This document shows positions 11,052 to 20,915 of a stretch of 64,000 bases of DNA, piece by piece (position 1 is the stretch's first letter; each line of letters opens with the position of its first letter). The notes beneath the pieces were generated by a model, which was given only the letters and a program-made list of their open reading frames with translations, was not told where the DNA came from and made no database searches. The position numbers and the translations under genes are program-made. Source of the DNA: Minisyncoccota bacterium. GTDB lineage: Bacteria; Patescibacteriota; Minisyncoccia; UBA6257; JAGOQP01. The stretch is taken from contig JAGOQP010000001.1 of NCBI GenBank assembly GCA_017991375.1, positions 53,149 through 117,148 on the forward strand. The letters run 5' to 3'.

Positions 11052-12272
11052 ATGCGATCATTTTTTAAAAAGATACGCGAGTGGATATTAAAACATTTTT
11101 CTGCTCAACGTTTCGTATGGATTTCTATTTACGAAAAAGGGACATTCGTGTCGGGGTATGTATATTACCAGTCCTCACGTCAGTGGCAACAAGTGTGGCA
11201 GATATTTTTAGAGGGAGTATCCGAAAAAGACGTAACATCTTCAAAGCGACTTGCCTATGTGCTTAAAGGCGCATTTTTCCCTTTTTCATATCGCGTGGTT
11301 ATTGTTTCTTCTCATAAACATTGCGCGTCAATGTATTCCCGCTTGTCTTTTGCCCGTGCCCATCCGCGCGCGACCGTAAATGAAGAAGAAATTGTTGGAC
11401 TTTTTTCCAACGCGCTTTTAAAAACACTTGATGCTCAAAAGAAGATTGTCTCACAAAACAGCGATTTTGACGATCTTAACGCGTTGTTGGTTAACCATCA
11501 CGTAACTGCCTCATCGGTTGGGTCGGATTGGTATGTATTTGATCCGGATCGCGCGTTTGGCGCCACTGGGTCTCGGGTATCATTTGGAATGACCCATACA
11601 TTTGCGTTCCGTCCTCTTATTAGTGGCGTCTCAAGATTATTACCGCGCCGCGCTCGGTTAGCTCATGTGTTTGAACGAGGGTTTTCTCTTCCTTTGTGGT
11701 TATTGCTAACCTCCGTCGACACATCTTCGTCTCGCGCGGCAAAGCAATTTATATATGCGTCAGTGCTTGATTCTGAAACTGAGATTTTCGTGTATGACGG
11801 ATCGCGACTTTCGTTTGTCGATTCATTTACGTTTGGAGCGCGCACCCTCTATAACGCGCTTAATCAGTCATTGGGTATTGATTGGGATGGGTTTCTAGCA
11901 CTTCTTAATCGCTTTGAGGAGGGAGCGCTCTCTGTCTCTACGCGGTTATTTGTGCAGTCGGTTTTGGATGCCGAGCTTCAACGACTTACCAATGGAATCG
12001 CCTCGTTCAAAAAAAATAGTGGCGCGACCACAGTATACATACATGGGGGCATTCTCTCGACATTACTGGCGCATCATCCCAAATTTAATTCATCCAATAT
12101 AGGCTCGTCATGGGGAGGTGCGTACGTGCCCTCTATGAATAATTTATGGGATGAACCTCATAAAGCTGATTTGGCATATGTAAGCTCAATGCCACGAGTA
12201 TCAAAGATGAATTCGTTGTCGCTTAAACTCATTCGTTGGCTTATCCCGTATGATATTAACACTACTAGTTGA
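11052..12272 (+). CDS. hypothetical protein (weak actin-like ATPase resemblance)
   Basis: 406-aa ORF tightly linked to upstream alaS and the downstream gene. No firm motif. A GG-rich segment (TTVYIHGGILSTL) is reminiscent of FtsA/PilM-fold ATPases. Confidence 0.35.
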   Translation: MRSFFKKIREWILKHFSAQRFVWISIYEKGTFVSGYVYYQSSRQWQQVWQIFLEGVSEKDVTSSKRLAYVLKGAFFPFSYRVVIVSSHKHCASMYSRLSFARAHPRATVNEEEIVGLFSNALLKTLDAQKKIVSQNSDFDDLNALLVNHHVTASSVGSDWYVFDPDRAFGATGSRVSFGMTHTFAFRPLISGVSRLLPRRARLAHVFERGFSLPLWLLLTSVDTSSSRAAKQFIYASVLDSETEIFVYDGSRLSFVDSFTFGARTLYNALNQSLGIDWDGFLALLNRFEEGALSVSTRLFVQSVLDAELQRLTNGIASFKKNSGATTVYIHGGILSTLLAHHPKFNSSNIGSSWGGAYVPSMNNLWDEPHKADLAYVSSMPRVSKMNSLSLKLIRWLIPYDINTTS

Positions 12273-12379
12273 ATCACTATGCAATTTTCTGTATAGTTAA
12301 GTGGGTACTATATAAAGACGATACGCTGCGTATCGTGTCTTGTAAGTTTATTTTTTATTTCGCTTATTTATTTTTATTT

Positions 12380-13756
12380 ATGCCACGCACACCAAAGAAA
12401 AAAGTTGTAACGGTCGTTGATATTGTTGCTCCCGATCGCAAAGAGGCGAATGTCGTACGCACCAGACGAATCGAAGAGGACATTCCTGAGCCGCATATAG
12501 TAAAAGAGTTTTCTGACGCTTCCGAAAGAGAATCTATTTTTACCGTTGGTGACACCTCTGGTCGTAAACATAAAGAAGACGACGCATCGTTTCAGGTTGC
12601 TTCTGTTCGTTCACGTCGGCATCGCAGATGGTGGCCTTTTATTGTGGCGGGACTTGTGGTACTCGCGGTGTTTTTCTATGTGGCGTTAGTGGTGTTGCCT
12701 CGAGTTTCAGTTCGCGTAGTCACCAAAAAAATTCCGGTCTCGTTTGATGGAACTATTACCGTAAGCACGCGTGTGAGCGATAATGACCTAGAAAGTGGTG
12801 TTATCCCTGGAGAAAAGATCACAGAAAAAGGATCCACCGTTCGTTCAATCGTCGCTTCTGGGGAGAAGAATATCGAACAAAAAGCTGGTGGGGTTGTTAC
12901 TATTGTCAACGCGTATAGTACCGCGGCACAACCATTAGTCGCCACTACTCGTTTTGAAACACCAGACGGGAAAATATACAGATTGGTAAAGGGCATCACG
13001 ATCCCTGGGGCAAAAATGGTCGCGGGAACGCTTGAGCCGTCAACCATAGATGCGTCTGTTGTTGCCGACAAAGCTGGAACAGAATACAACATTGGTCCCG
13101 TTTCTAAGTTTACTATTCCTGGATTTAAAGGATCGGATAAGTTTCAGAAATTCTACGCGACGTCGGATGCTCCTATGACCGGTGGATTTATTGGTAAGGG
13201 TGCCGTGGCTTCTCCCGCGGACATTGAGCGGGCGAAAAAGGATGCTCAGGAAGAACTCAAGGGAGCGCTCATGGTAAAGTTGGTAGCCGATCAACAAGAT
13301 CTTAAACTTGTTCCTGGTGCCGAGCAGTTTACCGTAACTAATGTGGTGGTTAATCCAAAGGTAGAGACCGATGGAACGTTTAAAATAACTATTGAAGGTG
13401 AACTAGCCGCTATTAAATTCAGAGAAACAGATATTGGGGCGCTTATTCGAGCGCGGGCAATTAAGGATCAAAAAATCGATTCGGCGCTTACCGAGAAGGA
13501 ATCATCGCTTTCATATCAAACCCCTTCTGTCTCTTCCTCGAGTACCATAAAAATTCCTCTGATTTATTCGGCAAAACTGTGGCATGCGCTTGACGCGGGT
13601 ACTATTGCCAGTAATAGCGTGGGGAAAAAGGAGCTTGATCTTAAGAAAGAACTTCTAGCGCTTCCCGGGGTTGACAAGATGACTGTCTCATTCTGGCCAT
13701 TTTGGGTTGGGAGCGCGCCTTCGCGCGTTGACCGAATAACAGTAACTATTGAATAG
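12380..13756 (+). CDS. hypothetical single-pass membrane protein with large extracytoplasmic domain
   Basis: Basic N-terminus, one TM segment (WWPFIVAGLVVLAVFFYVALVVL), then a Thr/Val-rich beta-type domain. Start chosen at MPRTPKKK. Confidence 0.4.
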   Translation: MPRTPKKKVVTVVDIVAPDRKEANVVRTRRIEEDIPEPHIVKEFSDASERESIFTVGDTSGRKHKEDDASFQVASVRSRRHRRWWPFIVAGLVVLAVFFYVALVVLPRVSVRVVTKKIPVSFDGTITVSTRVSDNDLESGVIPGEKITEKGSTVRSIVASGEKNIEQKAGGVVTIVNAYSTAAQPLVATTRFETPDGKIYRLVKGITIPGAKMVAGTLEPSTIDASVVADKAGTEYNIGPVSKFTIPGFKGSDKFQKFYATSDAPMTGGFIGKGAVASPADIERAKKDAQEELKGALMVKLVADQQDLKLVPGAEQFTVTNVVVNPKVETDGTFKITIEGELAAIKFRETDIGALIRARAIKDQKIDSALTEKESSLSYQTPSVSSSSTIKIPLIYSAKLWHALDAGTIASNSVGKKELDLKKELLALPGVDKMTVSFWPFWVGSAPSRVDRITVTIE

Positions 13757-13855
13757 GCGTGTTTTGGGTGTTTAGGCAACCAAGTAGTGAATGACCCGAT
13801 GGTATGTTGTAGGGGGTTGACTTTTTTTGACATTTTTTCTATTATAACCTGGCTA

Positions 13856-14068
13856 ATGCAGAACAAGTCTTTGGAAAAAACAGTTGAAGGGACCGTTATT
13901 GAGACGCTCCCGTCGACAATGTTTCGTGTAGATATTGGCGATCGGATATTGCTGGCTCATTTGGCCGGCAAGATGCGGATGCATTACATTAAAGTAATGC
14001 CAGGCGATCGGGTGCTTCTCAAACTAAGCCCCGACGGTCAGCGAGGTATTATTACACGGCGATTTTAA
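13856..14068 (+). CDS. infA: translation initiation factor IF-1
   Basis: S1-like fold sequence [43 protein letters not shown]. Confidence 0.9.
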   Translation: MQNKSLEKTVEGTVIETLPSTMFRVDIGDRILLAHLAGKMRMHYIKVMPGDRVLLKLSPDGQRGIITRRF

Positions 14069-14093
14069 AGGACGTTTTTTTATTGTCTCAATT

Positions 14094-14207
14094 ATGAAAG
14101 TACGAGCGTCGGTAAAAAAAATGTGCATAAATTGCAAAACAACTCGCCGCAAAGGGCGTGTTTATGTCATTTGTAAAAACGTAAAGCACAAACAGCGACA
14201 AGGATAA
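14094..14207 (+). CDS. rpmJ: 50S ribosomal protein L36
   Basis: 37-aa [40 protein letters not shown] with a zinc-ribbon C-x2-C...C motif. It is not in the ORF track because it is too short. Confidence 0.85.
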   Translation: MKVRASVKKMCINCKTTRRKGRVYVICKNVKHKQRQG

Positions 14208-14220
14208 TTTTTATAATTCT

Positions 14221-14604
14221 ATGCGTTTTTTAGGCGTTAACATTCCCGATAATAAAAAAGTAGCCGTCTCACTCTCATATCTCTATGGAGTGGGTCTTTC
14301 TCGTGCTCAAGAGATTTTGCATCATACAAAAATTGATCAAGCAAAACGAGCAAAAGATCTTACTCCCGAAGAAACAAACAAGATAAAAGAATACATTGAA
14401 AAGCATTTCAAAGTTGAAGGAGAATTGCGACAGATTATCAAAATGAACGTAGGGCGTATGCGTGACATAGGCGCGTACCGTGGCGTGAGGCACGCGCGAC
14501 GCCTTCCAGTACATGGACAGCGAACAAAAACGAACTCGCGCACGATTAGAGGCAATGTTCGCAAAACGGCTGGAAGTGGTAAGCGCAAAGTTGACTTGAA
14601 GTAG
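14221..14604 (+). CDS. rpsM: 30S ribosomal protein S13
   Basis: N-terminus MRFLGVNIPDNKKVAVSLSYLYGVGLSRAQEIL and conserved position after rpmJ. Confidence 0.95.
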   Translation: MRFLGVNIPDNKKVAVSLSYLYGVGLSRAQEILHHTKIDQAKRAKDLTPEETNKIKEYIEKHFKVEGELRQIIKMNVGRMRDIGAYRGVRHARRLPVHGQRTKTNSRTIRGNVRKTAGSGKRKVDLK

Positions 14605-14619
14605 TTTTCAAACACACAC

Positions 14620-15057
14620 ATGGGAAAGAAAAAAGTTATTCAAAAATCGGGAGGAGAGGGAGCCGAACAAAAAGTAGAAAGCACTTCTTCTCGAACATCT
14701 TCATCAAAAAAAGTTGATACCGGTTTTGCGTATGTTAACGCAACATATAATAATACGATGATTTCTGTTACCGACGCGTCTGGTAATTTGGTGGCGTGGT
14801 CATCCGCGGGCAGTCTTGGATTCACCGGGCCAAAAAAGGCAACTCCTTTTGCCGCGGCAAAAGTGGTGTCGACGGTAATTGAAAAAATAAAAAAATCTGG
14901 CCCGTTTAATATTCATGTTATCGTCAAAGGAGTGGGAAGTGGGCGTGATTCTGCGGTTCGCACTTTCGCCGCCCAGGGATTTAATATTTTATCCGTTAAA
15001 GACGCAACACCTATTCCGCACAATGGTCCAAAGCCACCAAAAGTGAGAAGGGTATAA
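14620..15057 (+). CDS. rpsK: 30S ribosomal protein S11
   Basis: Motifs GFAYVNATYNNTMISVTDASGN...GSGRDSAVR. Confidence 0.95.
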   Translation: MGKKKVIQKSGGEGAEQKVESTSSRTSSSKKVDTGFAYVNATYNNTMISVTDASGNLVAWSSAGSLGFTGPKKATPFAAAKVVSTVIEKIKKSGPFNIHVIVKGVGSGRDSAVRTFAAQGFNILSVKDATPIPHNGPKPPKVRRV

Positions 15058-15060
15058 ATA

Positions 15061-15150
15061 GCAACTGACAACCAACGACAAACAACCGACAACGAGGGGA
15101 GTAATAGAAAGCAGAGGAAAGGTTATTTGTCATCAGTTGTTAGTCGTAAG
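15061..15150. repeat. family-A intergenic inverted-repeat element
   Basis: Left arm caactgacaaccaacgacaaacaaccgacaac, right arm ttgtcatcagttgttagtcgtaagtc. Confidence 0.5.
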
Positions 15151-15157
15151 TCAACAT

Positions 15158-15778
15158 ATGCATATCATCAAATCAAAAGAAAAAAAGGAACGCTCATTGC
15201 AAGCAAAGCTAGGACTTAAAGCTCATCGTTGTAATTCACCAAAGTGCGCGATGGTTCGTCGCCCAAACAAACCTGGTGTCCATGGGGGCAAATTTGCTCG
15301 CGCGGGGTCTGAATTTAAGCAACAATTGGTTGAAAAACAGCGAATCAAAGTTTCTTATGGGCTCACCGAAAAACAGATTCGTTCCATTTTTCGCACGGCA
15401 CTGGGAAATAAGAAATCGGTTACCAATGCCATTGTTTCCAAACTGGAAACGCGTCTTGATAACGTCGTGTTTCGGTTGGGCCTTGCTCCATCCCGCATTG
15501 TAGCGCGTCAAATAGTTGGTCATGGACATATTATCGTGAATAAGAGAAAGGTTACCATTCCGTCGTTTGCGGTATCGGTGGGCGATGTGATCAGCGTCAG
15601 AGAACAGGACAAGCACTCCGCTCTTTTTAAGGAATTGCCGGGGACGCTTCGCGCGACTGCGGTTGATTCATGGCTTTCTCTTGATCCCGCGTTGTTGACT
15701 GGTACGGTTAATCGTATGCCCGAAGGCGTTCAATTGCCATTTAATATTAACTTGGTCGTCGATTATTTTTCTCGATAA
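15158..15778 (+). CDS. rpsD: 30S ribosomal protein S4
   Basis: S4 domain (RLDNVVFRLGLAPSRIVARQIVGHGHIIVNKRKV) with an N-terminal Cys pair. Start chosen downstream of the repeat element. Confidence 0.85.
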   Translation: MHIIKSKEKKERSLQAKLGLKAHRCNSPKCAMVRRPNKPGVHGGKFARAGSEFKQQLVEKQRIKVSYGLTEKQIRSIFRTALGNKKSVTNAIVSKLETRLDNVVFRLGLAPSRIVARQIVGHGHIIVNKRKVTIPSFAVSVGDVISVREQDKHSALFKELPGTLRATAVDSWLSLDPALLTGTVNRMPEGVQLPFNINLVVDYFSR

Positions 15779-15820
15779 GTATTATATTTTTACGCGCGCA
15801 CGCGCACTCTTTTCTAAGTT

Positions 15821-16609
15821 ATGGAGTACATGTTTTTAAGTAAAAATGTTTCTATCAAAAAGGTTTCAGAAACACCGTCTCGTGGTGTGTTTGAGGTGAG
15901 TGGGTTATACGCGGGATATGGTGTTACATTGGGAAACGCTCTTCGTCGCGTGTTGTTATCTTCACTTCCCGGTGCCGCAATTACCCAGGTAAAAATAAAA
16001 GGAGTTAAACATGAGTTTTCAACTATCTCGGACGTGTTAGAAGATGTGGTTGATATAACACTCAATCTCAAGAAAGTTCGCTTTGTATTTTTCGCGGATG
16101 AACCGCAGGTGCTTACGCTCAAGCACAAAGGGACTGGAGCTGTTACCGCCGACAGCATCAAAGGAAACAGTCAGGTTGAGGTGGTTAATCCAGATTGTCA
16201 CATCGCGACGCTTACTTCAAAAAGCGCCGAACTTGAAATGGAGCTGACCGTTGAAAAAGGTTTGGGATACTCGCCAGCAGAAACGAGAAAGAGCGAAAAA
16301 CTTCCCATTGGCGCTATTGCCATTGATGCCATTTTTTCTCCGGTCACCATGGTCAATTTCGAAGTTGAAAACATGCGCGTGGGAGATCGTACTGACTACA
16401 ACAAACTTCGATTAATTATTGAAACTGATTCAACGCTTATGCCAGGTCGCGCACTACACAAAGCGGCAAATATTCTCCGCGATCATGTGGCGATCATATC
16501 GGACATTGAACCAAATGAAGCTGATGTAAAAAAGCGCTCAAGCGAAGAGACGCCTGAGGAAGGGGGTAAGGAAAAGAAAGCCAAAAAAACGAAAGTGGCG
16601 AAAAAATAA
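15821..16609 (+). CDS. rpoA: DNA-directed RNA polymerase alpha subunit, N-terminal domain only, with Lys-rich tail
   Basis: Alpha NTD (GYGVTLGNALRRVLLSSLPGAAIT). The protein is 262 aa and ends in KKRSSEETPEEGGKEKKAKKTKVAKK, with no alpha-CTD. Confidence 0.85.
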   Translation: MEYMFLSKNVSIKKVSETPSRGVFEVSGLYAGYGVTLGNALRRVLLSSLPGAAITQVKIKGVKHEFSTISDVLEDVVDITLNLKKVRFVFFADEPQVLTLKHKGTGAVTADSIKGNSQVEVVNPDCHIATLTSKSAELEMELTVEKGLGYSPAETRKSEKLPIGAIAIDAIFSPVTMVNFEVENMRVGDRTDYNKLRLIIETDSTLMPGRALHKAANILRDHVAIISDIEPNEADVKKRSSEETPEEGGKEKKAKKTKVAKK

Positions 16610-16629
16610 TTATAGTGATTGATTAAAAC

Positions 16630-16980
16630 ATGAGGCATCTAGCAAAAGGGAAAAAATTTGGACGCATAAAGGGACAACGAGTGGCATTTGTCAGAAGTTT
16701 GTGTGTTAACCTTATCGCGAAACAAAAAATAAAGACGACCGATACACGTGCTAAAACCGTGCGTTCTGAGGTGGAGAAATTGATCACGCTTGCCAAAAAG
16801 CAAACAGTTGCGTCTTTGCGATTGCTTATTGCACGCGTAGGGAAAAAATCCGCAACTACGCTTTTTTACGAAATTGCTCCTCGATATACCGATCGCAAGG
16901 GAGGATATGTTCGTATCACCAAAGTATCAAAGCGTCGCGTTGGTGATGCTGCGTGTATGTCGTATGTTGAATTTGTCTAG
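16630..16980 (+). CDS. rplQ: 50S ribosomal protein L17
   Basis: MRHLAKGKKFGRIKGQRVAFVRSL... and conserved position after rpoA. Confidence 0.9.
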   Translation: MRHLAKGKKFGRIKGQRVAFVRSLCVNLIAKQKIKTTDTRAKTVRSEVEKLITLAKKQTVASLRLLIARVGKKSATTLFYEIAPRYTDRKGGYVRITKVSKRRVGDAACMSYVEFV

Positions 16981-16982
16981 GT

Positions 16983-17195
16983 ATGACTCTTTTTTCTCGC
17001 ATCAAAAAGATTCTTGAGTCCGAACATATGTGCACGGTCTCGTACAAGAAAGAGCCGCTGTGTGTTGTTATGCGATGGGACGCGTATCAGCGATTGACGC
17101 AAACCATAAAAGATAATGCCCGCGCGCGTGAGTTGGTTGATGCCGAACAACAAGAAGGGGAGTACGATATTGACATTAATAAAATTCCCGTTTAA
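16983..17195 (+). CDS. small hypothetical protein (possible Phd/YefM-like antitoxin fold)
   Basis: 70-aa ORF (KKEPLCVVMRWDAYQRLTQTIKD...) wedged between rplQ and tuf. Resemblance to YefM is weak. Confidence 0.3.
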   Translation: MTLFSRIKKILESEHMCTVSYKKEPLCVVMRWDAYQRLTQTIKDNARARELVDAEQQEGEYDIDINKIPV

Positions 17196-17248
17196 TATAC
17201 TAATCACTCGTTTACTATTAGTAACATTAATAACAATATACTCATTGT

Positions 17249-18448
17249 ATGGCAGAGAAAGCAAAATTTGAGCGTACAAAGCCTCACGTGAATGTTGGAA
17301 CGATTGGTCACGTTGACCACGGAAAGACAACACTCACCGCGGCTATTACGCACGTGCTCAAACTCAAGGGTTTGATTGATAAGGAAGAAGGAGTCGACCA
17401 AATTGATAACGCGCCGGAAGAAAAGGCTCGCGGAATTACTATTGCGCTCCATCACTCGGAGTATCAAACCGAAAAGCGTCACTACGCGCACATCGATGCG
17501 CCTGGACACGCTGATTACATTAAAAACATGATCACTGGTGCCGCTCAAATGGATGGCGCGGTATTAGTGGTGGCGGGAACCGATGGCCCTATGCCTCAAA
17601 CCAGAGAGCATATCCTTTTGGCATACCAAGTCGGTGTTCCTCGTATTATTGTATTCATTAACAAAGTGGACCAAGTAGGTGACCCAGAGCTATTGGACCT
17701 CGTTGAGTCAGAAATCAGAGAGTTACTTAAGAAGTATGAATATCCTGGAGATGAGACCCCGATTATCCGTGGTTCGGCGCTCAAAGCGTTGGAAGCAACA
17801 TCACCAGATGCCCCGGAGGTCCAGCCAATCGTTGATTTGCTCAAGGCAATGGATGAATATATTCCCGATCCGGTTCGTGAGACCGATAAGCCATTTTTGA
17901 TGCCTATTGAAGACATTTTCTCGATTGAGGGTCGCGGAACAGTGGTTACGGGTAAGGTTGAGCGTGGTATTGTTAAAGTGAACGATGAAGTTGAAATCGT
18001 TGGACTACGCGATACACAAAAGACCGTTATTACCGGAATTGAAATGTTCCAGAAATTATTAGACGAAGGTCAGGCAGGTGATAATGTTGGCGCGCTCTTG
18101 CGTGGACTCAAGAAAGAGGACGTTGAGCGCGGACAGGTTATCGCAAAGCCAGGCACTGTTACTCCACATACGGAATTTGAGGCGGAGGTGTATGTGCTCA
18201 CGAAAGAAGAAGGTGGACGTCATACGCCGTTTCTCAAGGGATACAAACCGCAATTCTATCTGCGCACAACCGATGTGACGGGTGAAGTTATTTTGCCCGA
18301 AGGCACTGAAATGGTTATGCCTGGTGACACTATTCGTATCACCGTAAAACTCATCGCGCCCGTCGCGCTCGAGGAAAAGCAAAAGTTCGCTATTCGCGAG
18401 GGAGGAAAAACTGTTGGCGCGGGTGTGGTTTCCAAGATTCTCAAATAG
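17249..18448 (+). CDS. tuf: elongation factor Tu
   Basis: G1 motif [11 protein letters not shown]3 DAPGHADY, G4 NKVD. Confidence 0.97.
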   Translation: MAEKAKFERTKPHVNVGTIGHVDHGKTTLTAAITHVLKLKGLIDKEEGVDQIDNAPEEKARGITIALHHSEYQTEKRHYAHIDAPGHADYIKNMITGAAQMDGAVLVVAGTDGPMPQTREHILLAYQVGVPRIIVFINKVDQVGDPELLDLVESEIRELLKKYEYPGDETPIIRGSALKALEATSPDAPEVQPIVDLLKAMDEYIPDPVRETDKPFLMPIEDIFSIEGRGTVVTGKVERGIVKVNDEVEIVGLRDTQKTVITGIEMFQKLLDEGQAGDNVGALLRGLKKEDVERGQVIAKPGTVTPHTEFEAEVYVLTKEEGGRHTPFLKGYKPQFYLRTTDVTGEVILPEGTEMVMPGDTIRITVKLIAPVALEEKQKFAIREGGKTVGAGVVSKILK

Positions 18449-18466
18449 TAATGAGCGATCAGCACC

Positions 18467-18793
18467 ATGGCAAAAAAAGAAGTTGAAAAAAATCGAATAC
18501 GGCTCAAGATAAAATCGTACGACCATCGGCTCATTGATACGTCGACCAAGCAAATTATCGAAACGGCGACGCGCAATGGCGCGGAGGTTGTCGGTCCGAT
18601 TCCGCTTCCGACCGAGATGCGTAAATATACTGTTAATCGTTCTACGTTTGTGCATAAAAATTCGCGAGAGCAGTTTGAGATGCGCATTCATAAGCGATTG
18701 ATTGAAATATTAAATCCCGGGCAGAAAATTGTTGAGTCGCTCTCAAATCTCAACTTGCCCTCTGGTGTTGATATAGAAATTAAATTAGTTTAA
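18467..18793 (+). CDS. rpsJ: 30S ribosomal protein S10
   Basis: [40 protein letters not shown]. Confidence 0.95.
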   Translation: MAKKEVEKNRIRLKIKSYDHRLIDTSTKQIIETATRNGAEVVGPIPLPTEMRKYTVNRSTFVHKNSREQFEMRIHKRLIEILNPGQKIVESLSNLNLPSGVDIEIKLV

Positions 18794-18800
18794 GAAAGCC

Positions 18801-18835
18801 AAAACCCACCCCGACATGCGTCGGGGTGGGTTTTG
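18801..18835 (+). terminator. rho-independent terminator immediately after rpsJ
   Basis: Stem aaacccaccccgac, loop atgc, stem gtcggggtgggtttt. Confidence 0.7.
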
Positions 18836-18855
18836 AATTGTGGATGTGGGTAAAT

Positions 18856-19905
18856 TTAATCACATAACCAATACCAGTACTGGTTTTCAAGGTCTTGGCT
18901 CAGTTGGTAAGCGCGAGCATGAGACAGCGCACCCAAATAGGACTGCAGGGATTGCGAGAGTGTTTTCTCGTCAAGCTGACCCTGGCGATATTGCCTCACC
19001 CTTGCTTTAAGCTTTCGGAATATCCGGCGTTTCGTTTTGCTTCGAAGCAGGCGATGGTGCGGCAATATGACATAGCCCAAGTAGTCGATGCCTTGCCCGA
19101 CATCGCGAATGGAGATCTTCTTGGGGTGCAGGGTGAGTTTGAGTTTGTCGCTAATAAAATTCTGGAAAGGCTCGATGAGTCCTTCCAGATATTTTTCGTC
19201 GGTGGAAATTACCACAAAGTCGTCGGTGTAGCGCGCGTAATGTTTGACCTTCAGATCGTGCTTAACGAATTGGTCGAATTCGTTCATGTAAATGTTGGCA
19301 AACAATTGCGAAGTAAGATTGCCGATTGGCAGGCCGTGACGATCAAAGAGAGTCGTCTGTCCGGCCGAAAAGCTTCTGACAATTTGCTCCATAAGCCACA
19401 TGGTGTCCGGATCGACTATTCGCTTCTTGAGAATTGCCAAAAGAATTTCGTGATCAATCGAATCGAAAAACTTCCGCACGTCGCACTTGAGCGCGAAGCA
19501 CGGCCTCGTATAATTCTGACTCTCTCTACGGATCATGCTTTCGGCGGCCAACACCCCCTTGTGTGTACCCTTATTGATTCGGCACGAAAACGAATTGGCG
19601 ATAAAGGTCTGCTCAAAAATAGGATTGAGAATTCGGAAAACCGCATGGTGCAAAACCCGATCGCGCACCGTGGCCTTGTGAATGTGGCGCACTTTCGGAT
19701 CGCGGATATAGAAACCCTTATACGGCCCGTGGGCGTAACGTTTGGCGAGCAAGTCTCGGTGTAGGGAAAAGAGATTTTGCTCAAGCGAAAACTCGAACGC
19801 CTGAACATCGGCCTTCTTGCCTTTGTCGCTTCGAAATTCCTCCCACGCCGCAACGATATTTTCTAGCGATACGATCCGATTGAATAATTCTTTATAAATC
19901 TTCAT
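18856..19905 (-). CDS. diversity-generating retroelement (DGR) reverse transcriptase
   Basis: RT motifs include YxDD (ARYTDDFVV) and the DGR-diagnostic IGxxxSQ (LPIGNLTSQLFANIYM). The gene is adjacent to avd, TR and VR. The ORF opens at 19959, and the start was chosen at MKIYKELF. Confidence 0.85.
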   Translation of the reverse strand: MKIYKELFNRIVSLENIVAAWEEFRSDKGKKADVQAFEFSLEQNLFSLHRDLLAKRYAHGPYKGFYIRDPKVRHIHKATVRDRVLHHAVFRILNPIFEQTFIANSFSCRINKGTHKGVLAAESMIRRESQNYTRPCFALKCDVRKFFDSIDHEILLAILKKRIVDPDTMWLMEQIVRSFSAGQTTLFDRHGLPIGNLTSQLFANIYMNEFDQFVKHDLKVKHYARYTDDFVVISTDEKYLEGLIEPFQNFISDKLKLTLHPKKISIRDVGQGIDYLGYVILPHHRLLRSKTKRRIFRKLKARVRQYRQGQLDEKTLSQSLQSYLGALSHARAYQLSQDLENQYWYWLCD

Positions 19906-19909
19906 AACC

Positions 19910-20257
19910 ATGAATGACTTCGACATTCCGATCTTCAAGAAAGCGTACGATCTGTTCAAACTCTTTCATGAGTACAGAAAAGTCGTGCCCAAACAAGATC
20001 GATTCACGATCTTCGAACGATGTGAACAACTGATTCTTGACGTGATTGAAAGCATACTTCAGGCGAGCGGCGAACAGAAGCAATCGAAAGGGCCGACATT
20101 GGAACGATGCAGCCTCAAGCTCAATCTGCTGCGAGTCTTTATTCGTCTTATGAAAGACGTTAAAGCCATCGATTCGAAAAAGTACGTAGCGTTGGAAAGT
20201 GTGGTGGACGAAATCGGCCGAATGCTCGGCGGTTGGATTCGATCTACCAAGTCCTGA
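19910..20257 (+). CDS. avd: DGR accessory variability determinant (Avd), four-helix-bundle protein
   Basis: 115 aa. The C-terminal EIGRMLGGWIRS closely matches Bordetella phage Avd EVGRILGSWIAR. It is divergent from the RT, 4 bp away. Confidence 0.8.
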   Translation: MNDFDIPIFKKAYDLFKLFHEYRKVVPKQDRFTIFERCEQLILDVIESILQASGEQKQSKGPTLERCSLKLNLLRVFIRLMKDVKAIDSKKYVALESVVDEIGRMLGGWIRSTKS

Positions 20258-20307
20258 TCAAGAGAAAGGGTATCCGTTTTGCGGATACCCTTTCTTGCTG
20301 TGGAGAG

Positions 20308-20438
20308 ACTTCGAGAGGAAGCCGGACACCGAACCGAAGTTGTCGTTCGGGTTGTCAACGAAGTTCGTGTCGAACTTGACCTTGCCGTCGTTGAAGTTGA
20401 AGTCGGGAGACTTGGAAAAGTCGCCATCGGCCTCCGGA
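20308..20438 (-). repeat. DGR template repeat (TR), minus-strand orientation
   Basis: The reverse complement of 20308..20438 aligns over 131 bp with VR (21677..21807). There are 21 mismatches and every one is an adenine in TR. In the target frame TR contains multiple AAC and AAG codons. Confidence 0.85.
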
Positions 20439-20735
20439 TAATTGCCCCCATCCATCTGTGTCACCAAGCCTTGAACTTTACTTCCCGTTGGAAACGGAAC
20501 TATATGCTCTTGGCTTTGAACTTAATTTGGCAGCATCCGCCTTTCGGCGAAACCCGCACCAGACGAGGACAAGCAGTATCTCCTCAACACAACACGCTCT
20601 TGGAAACCGTAGTCTCCATGACTCTGGTTGTTATCGTTGAAATGATAGAGTTCGGCGACAGCAATCCGTGGACGGCTGTACATTAGCCTATACTCAAGCG
20701 TATTATATCCTAAAGAAGGGGATATGGCCAAATAC

Positions 20736-20764
20736 TTGACATAAAGGCCGATATTTGCTATACT
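20736..20764 (+). promoter_or_regulatory. sigma-70-like promoter upstream of the DGR target gene
   Basis: TTGACA, a 17-nt spacer, then TATACT. On the opposite strand nearby (about 20703-20733) a TATAAT with a weaker -35 points toward TR and the RT. Confidence 0.45.
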
Positions 20765-20915
20765 TAAACGTCAGAATCAGTTCTTTAAAAAAGGCTTATT
20801 TATGAGGTAGCGCATTGGGCGCAAGGCTATTTTTACGCCTATTGCGCTGCCTCATGCAGAGGAAGCCGTTGGCCAGAGCGACTCTGGCAAATCCAAAGAA
20901 AGAAGGAGGATGACG